From positions 1 through 32,939 of the forward strand of contig JADLCW010000386.1 in the NCBI GenBank assembly GCA_020847015.1: a stretch of DNA of 32,939 nt, given 5' to 3'. The notes under the pieces were generated by a model. That model saw only the letters and a program-made list of their open reading frames with translations, had not been told where the DNA came from and ran no database searches. Positions within the stretch are counted from its first letter, which is position 1, and every line of letters starts with the position of its first letter. The stretch comes from Thermomicrobiales bacterium. GTDB taxonomy: Bacteria; Chloroflexota; Chloroflexia; Thermomicrobiales; UBA6265. A program made the translations under genes and the position numbers. Positions 30,053-32,939 of this stretch are shown here, in pieces.

Positions 30053-30736
30053 TCAAGGGCGGTGCTCCGGCGGCAGCAATGCCGAAATGGCGACCATGAT
30101 GCGGTCGGTCGCCTGCTGTGAGGAGATCCGCGGCTCACCGGGCCGAGACGCCACATCGATCGGGGCGCCAAAGCGAATGGTGACGCGTGGCCGCCCTCGC
30201 GGCCCACGGCGCCCTTTCTTGCCGTTGCCAGGCAGCGCCTCCGTGCCAGTGATGGCTACCGGCAGCACCGGCACAGCACCGCGCAGCGCGAGGAGCCCGG
30301 CCCCCGGTTGTCCGGACCCCAGTCGACCAGTCATCGAACGAGTGCCTTCCGGGAACATCGCCACCGGTTCACCCTGCGCCAGTGCGGTTTCCGCATAGCG
30401 GATGGCCCCGCGGTCGGCTTTGCCGCGATCGACCGGGAAGGCGCCGGCGAACCAGAGCAGCCGCGACAACAGCCTGTTGGCGAAGAGTTCCTTCTTGGCC
30501 ATGAACAGGAGCAGCCGCGGATAGGCGGCGGCGATCAGAATAGGGTCGGCGTTGTGCAGATGGTTGGCGGCCACCAGCGCCGCACCTTGGCGGGGCACAT
30601 GCTCCAACCCCTCGATGCGCAACCCGAGCAGCAGCCGCGCCAGCGCGAGCAGCACAACGCGCACGGCCGACCGGGCGCGACCGTGCAACGTGCCGCGGAC
30701 GACGTCGATCGGCGCTCCGGGAGCGCGTCCACTCAT
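30053..30736 (-). CDS. plsC: 1-acyl-sn-glycerol-3-phosphate acyltransferase
   Basis: The 227-aa product has the HxxxxD acyltransferase motif (NHLHNADP) and FPEGTRS. ATG 30736 overlaps the cmk stop (ATGA). Confidence 0.85.
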   Translation of the reverse strand: MSGRAPGAPIDVVRGTLHGRARSAVRVVLLALARLLLGLRIEGLEHVPRQGAALVAANHLHNADPILIAAAYPRLLLFMAKKELFANRLLSRLLWFAGAFPVDRGKADRGAIRYAETALAQGEPVAMFPEGTRSMTGRLGSGQPGAGLLALRGAVPVLPVAITGTEALPGNGKKGRRGPRGRPRVTIRFGAPIDVASRPGEPRISSQQATDRIMVAISALLPPEHRP

Positions 30737-31467
30737 TGGGTCTCGCCGCGGACGACAGCTTCAGTCGGTGTCCAGATCGCACGCGCGCGCTCCTCGATGC
30801 GGTCGACCACCTCCGGTACGGTCAGGCGATCGGTGTTGAGAACGAGCGCGTCGGCAGCGGCGCGCAGTGGTGACGCGGCTCGCCCGGTGTCGATCGCATC
30901 GCGCCGTCGAAGATCGGCCAGTACGGCATCGAAATCGACCTCGACGCCGCGCTCGCGCAATTCCGCGAAGCGACGCCGCGCCCGCTCTTCCGGGCTGGCC
31001 TCGAGAAAAATCTTGACCCCTGCGTCGGGGACGACCACGGAGCCGATATCACGCCCGACGATCACCACCGGCAAGCCGGAGGCGATGCGCCGCTGATGGG
31101 GAAGAAGCGCGGCGCGCACGGCTGGGTGAGCCGAGACTGGCGAGACAACCGCGTCCACCGCCGGCGCCCGGATCTCCCAGGTGACATCCTCGCCGTCAAG
31201 GTGGACGGTGGCGAGCCGACCATCGCGGACGGTCGGCGGGACGACGGCGATATCGAGTTCGGCGGCGAGTTCGGCCAGGCGGCATTCGTCGGCCGGATCG
31301 ATTTCAGCGCGGAGGACGGCAAGCGCGAGCGCCCGGTAGAGTGAACCGGTGTCGAACAGGAGCGCTCCCAGGCGATCGGCGAGTAATTGCGCCACGGTGG
31401 ACTTGCCCGCCGCGGCCGGTCCATCGATCGCCACCACCCACCGGTGCGCCGCGCTCGTCTCAACCAT
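30733..31467 (-). CDS. cmk: Cytidylate kinase
   Basis: Track ORF 30733..31803, trimmed to ATG 31467 (MVETSAAHRWVVAIDGPAAAGKSTVA..). It also carries DTGSLYRA, GRDIGSVV and the FL.ASPEERARRR motif. It gives 244 aa, and the start overlaps the rluB stop by 8 nt. Confidence 0.9.
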   Translation of the reverse strand: MVETSAAHRWVVAIDGPAAAGKSTVAQLLADRLGALLFDTGSLYRALALAVLRAEIDPADECRLAELAAELDIAVVPPTVRDGRLATVHLDGEDVTWEIRAPAVDAVVSPVSAHPAVRAALLPHQRRIASGLPVVIVGRDIGSVVVPDAGVKIFLEASPEERARRRFAELRERGVEVDFDAVLADLRRRDAIDTGRAASPLRAAADALVLNTDRLTVPEVVDRIEERARAIWTPTEAVVRGETQ

Positions 31468-32569
31468 CTCCGTCCCGTCTCCGTTCCGAGTGATCGGCGC
31501 GCGCCGATTGCTTCGGGCCGCGCTCATTCCGGCGGGAAGCGCGCTTGCCGTGCCGATCTCCCGGTTTTGGCGGGCGATCCGGTTCGGCGCTCCGCTCTTG
31601 CCTGCCGCCCCGACGGTCGCGCTCGGGTGGGCGATCCCGGGTTGCCTCCGGCAGCGGCGCATCGCCAGTTCGATCCACGGCGCTTCTGCGCCTGGCATTG
31701 CCGGGTTTACCTTGGCTCCCGACCGGCGGCGCGGAGCCCCGCTTCGGCGCGGTCGGCCGCGACTCGCGGCCCGCCCGGCGCGGTCGGCCGCGACCCGCGC
31801 CAACCAGCCGATCGCCTTCCGGACGGTCGAGACCCAGCGCCTCCAGTAGCGAGGTCAGCTCGCCGGCAGTCAGATCGCGGTAGGCGCCCATCGGGATGAC
31901 GCCGAGCGCCAGCGGCCCGATGCGGATCCGGCGCAGTCGGGTGACCGGGATCTCGACCGCTTCCATCAATCGCCGCACGACGTGGTGGATTCCCTCGTGG
32001 ACGGTGATCGTGAGCAACACGCCGTCGCGCGTTTCGCGCAGGATGCGAAATTCATCAGGGACGACCTTGCGATCGTCGATCACGATGCCTGACCGCACCA
32101 TGCGCATCGCGGCTTCCGACGGTCTCCGCGGAGTCAGGATGTTGTACTCCTTGGCGAGACCGTAGCGCGGATGCATCACGCGGTTTGCCACATCGCCATC
32201 ATTGGTCAGCAGCAGCAATCCTTCGGTGTCGCGGTCGAGCCGACCCACGGGATAGAGACGTTCGCGCTCGTGCACGAGCCCCATCACCGTTTGCCGGCCG
32301 CGTTCATCGCTCGTCGTGGTGATCACGCCTTGGGGTTTGTTCAGCAGCAGATAGCGACTCCGTTGTGGCCGTAGTCGCTGGCCGTCGACGCGAATGTCGG
32401 CTTGTGGGTCCACCCGGGTGCCCAGTTCCGTCACGACCTGGCCGCTGACGGAGACGCGGCCAGCCACGATCAGCGCCTCCGCCTTGCGGCGAGAAGCGAC
32501 GCCGCGTGCGGCGAGAATACGCTGGAGTCGTTCGGTGGCGTCGATGAGCGTTTCTCCTCTGCGATTCAT
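31460..32569 (-). CDS. rluB: Pseudouridine synthase, RsuA/RluB family, with S4 domain and long basic C-terminal tail
   Basis: It has an S4 domain (RLQRILAARGVASRRKAEALIVAGRVSV) and a catalytic motif (YPVGRLDRDTEGLLLLTNDG). The ~125-aa C-terminal tail is rich in Arg, Pro, Gly and Glu. Confidence 0.88.
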   Translation of the reverse strand: MNRRGETLIDATERLQRILAARGVASRRKAEALIVAGRVSVSGQVVTELGTRVDPQADIRVDGQRLRPQRSRYLLLNKPQGVITTTSDERGRQTVMGLVHERERLYPVGRLDRDTEGLLLLTNDGDVANRVMHPRYGLAKEYNILTPRRPSEAAMRMVRSGIVIDDRKVVPDEFRILRETRDGVLLTITVHEGIHHVVRRLMEAVEIPVTRLRRIRIGPLALGVIPMGAYRDLTAGELTSLLEALGLDRPEGDRLVGAGRGRPRRAGRESRPTAPKRGSAPPVGSQGKPGNARRRSAVDRTGDAPLPEATRDRPPERDRRGGRQERSAEPDRPPKPGDRHGKRASRRNERGPKQSARADHSERRRDGDG

Positions 32570-32931
32570 CAGGCGGCGGGGATGTCGGCCGGGGTGAGGA
32601 CGGCCGCCGGCACACCGCCCTGTACGATTGGTTGCTCGGATAGCAAGGCGCCGTCCACCATCAGCAGTGCCGTGCCAACTGACTGGCCGGGGTCAGCCGG
32701 CGGTCCCAGCCGCAGTCGGTACCCGAGTTTGCCTTCCTCGTCAACAGGCGTCGGCACGGTTCCGGTTGGGGCCAATGCGGCATTCCAGGCTCCCAACTCC
32801 TGAACGAGTCCAGGGATCACGTCCGGCGCTGCCGGATCGATCCAGACGTAGTGCTGCGGCAGTGCGGCCAGCATGGCTCGCACGTCAGTAAAGCGAGCGC
32901 CGCCCGCGTACCCGCTTTCATCGGCGGTCAT
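32569..32931 (-). CDS. Hypothetical protein (may extend beyond the right edge)
   Basis: 120-aa ORF. Its TGA shares one base with the rluB ATG (TGATG), which suggests co-translation. I recognise no family, and it does not resemble ScpB, which often precedes rluB. The frame stays open upstream of ATG 32931 to the window end. Confidence 0.4.
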   Translation of the reverse strand: MTADESGYAGGARFTDVRAMLAALPQHYVWIDPAAPDVIPGLVQELGAWNAALAPTGTVPTPVDEEGKLGYRLRLGPPADPGQSVGTALLMVDGALLSEQPIVQGGVPAAVLTPADIPAA

Positions 32932-32939
32932 GTCGCTGC

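Noticed and set aside
31745-31794. 19-nt direct repeat as a CRISPR or tandem-repeat locus
   Set aside because: There are only two copies, both inside the rluB coding tail, with a 31-nt period and no further units.

Overview
This is a 32.9-kb, visibly high-GC bacterial chromosomal window. It is almost fully coding and dominated by conserved housekeeping genes. I recognise no rRNA, tRNA, CRISPR array, transposase/IS or phage-type gene.

Gene order, left to right:
- otsA, partial. It runs off the left edge and is therefore absent from the ORF track.
- A small zinc-ribbon ORF, a two-unit M16 peptidase and a hypothetical ORF.
- A decayed locus: a pentapeptide-repeat ORF next to a frameshifted FAD-oxidoreductase remnant.
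- A ThuA-like / Gfo-Idh-MocA pair, then metallophosphoesterase-ispG-rseP.
- ald, a XerD-like recombinase and glyQS.
- A three-gene formate dehydrogenase operon. Its alpha subunit is a selenoprotein (in-frame UGA plus a SECIS-like hairpin), and the ORF track splits it in two.
- mutY, a DsbA-like gene, coaE, an ABC-F ATPase, lysA, rpoD and obg.
- plsC-cmk-rluB and one more hypothetical ORF.

Many long ORFs in the track are GC-driven antisense shadows or spurious N-terminal extensions. I re-picked starts from family-typical N-termini, GGAGG-like Shine-Dalgarno spacing and stop/start overlaps.

I do not see convincing evidence for a novel multi-gene system in this window. The items most worth a second look are:
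- the Sec-containing FDH with an NrfD-type anchor and no obvious Tat signal;
- the decayed flavoenzyme/pentapeptide junction;
- a perfect 18-bp palindrome in the lysA leader;
- an unusually long (450 bp) structured intergenic region between rseP and ald.

Taxonomy cannot be fixed without a search. Gene content and order are compatible with Chloroflexota (Thermomicrobia-like) or Actinomycetota.
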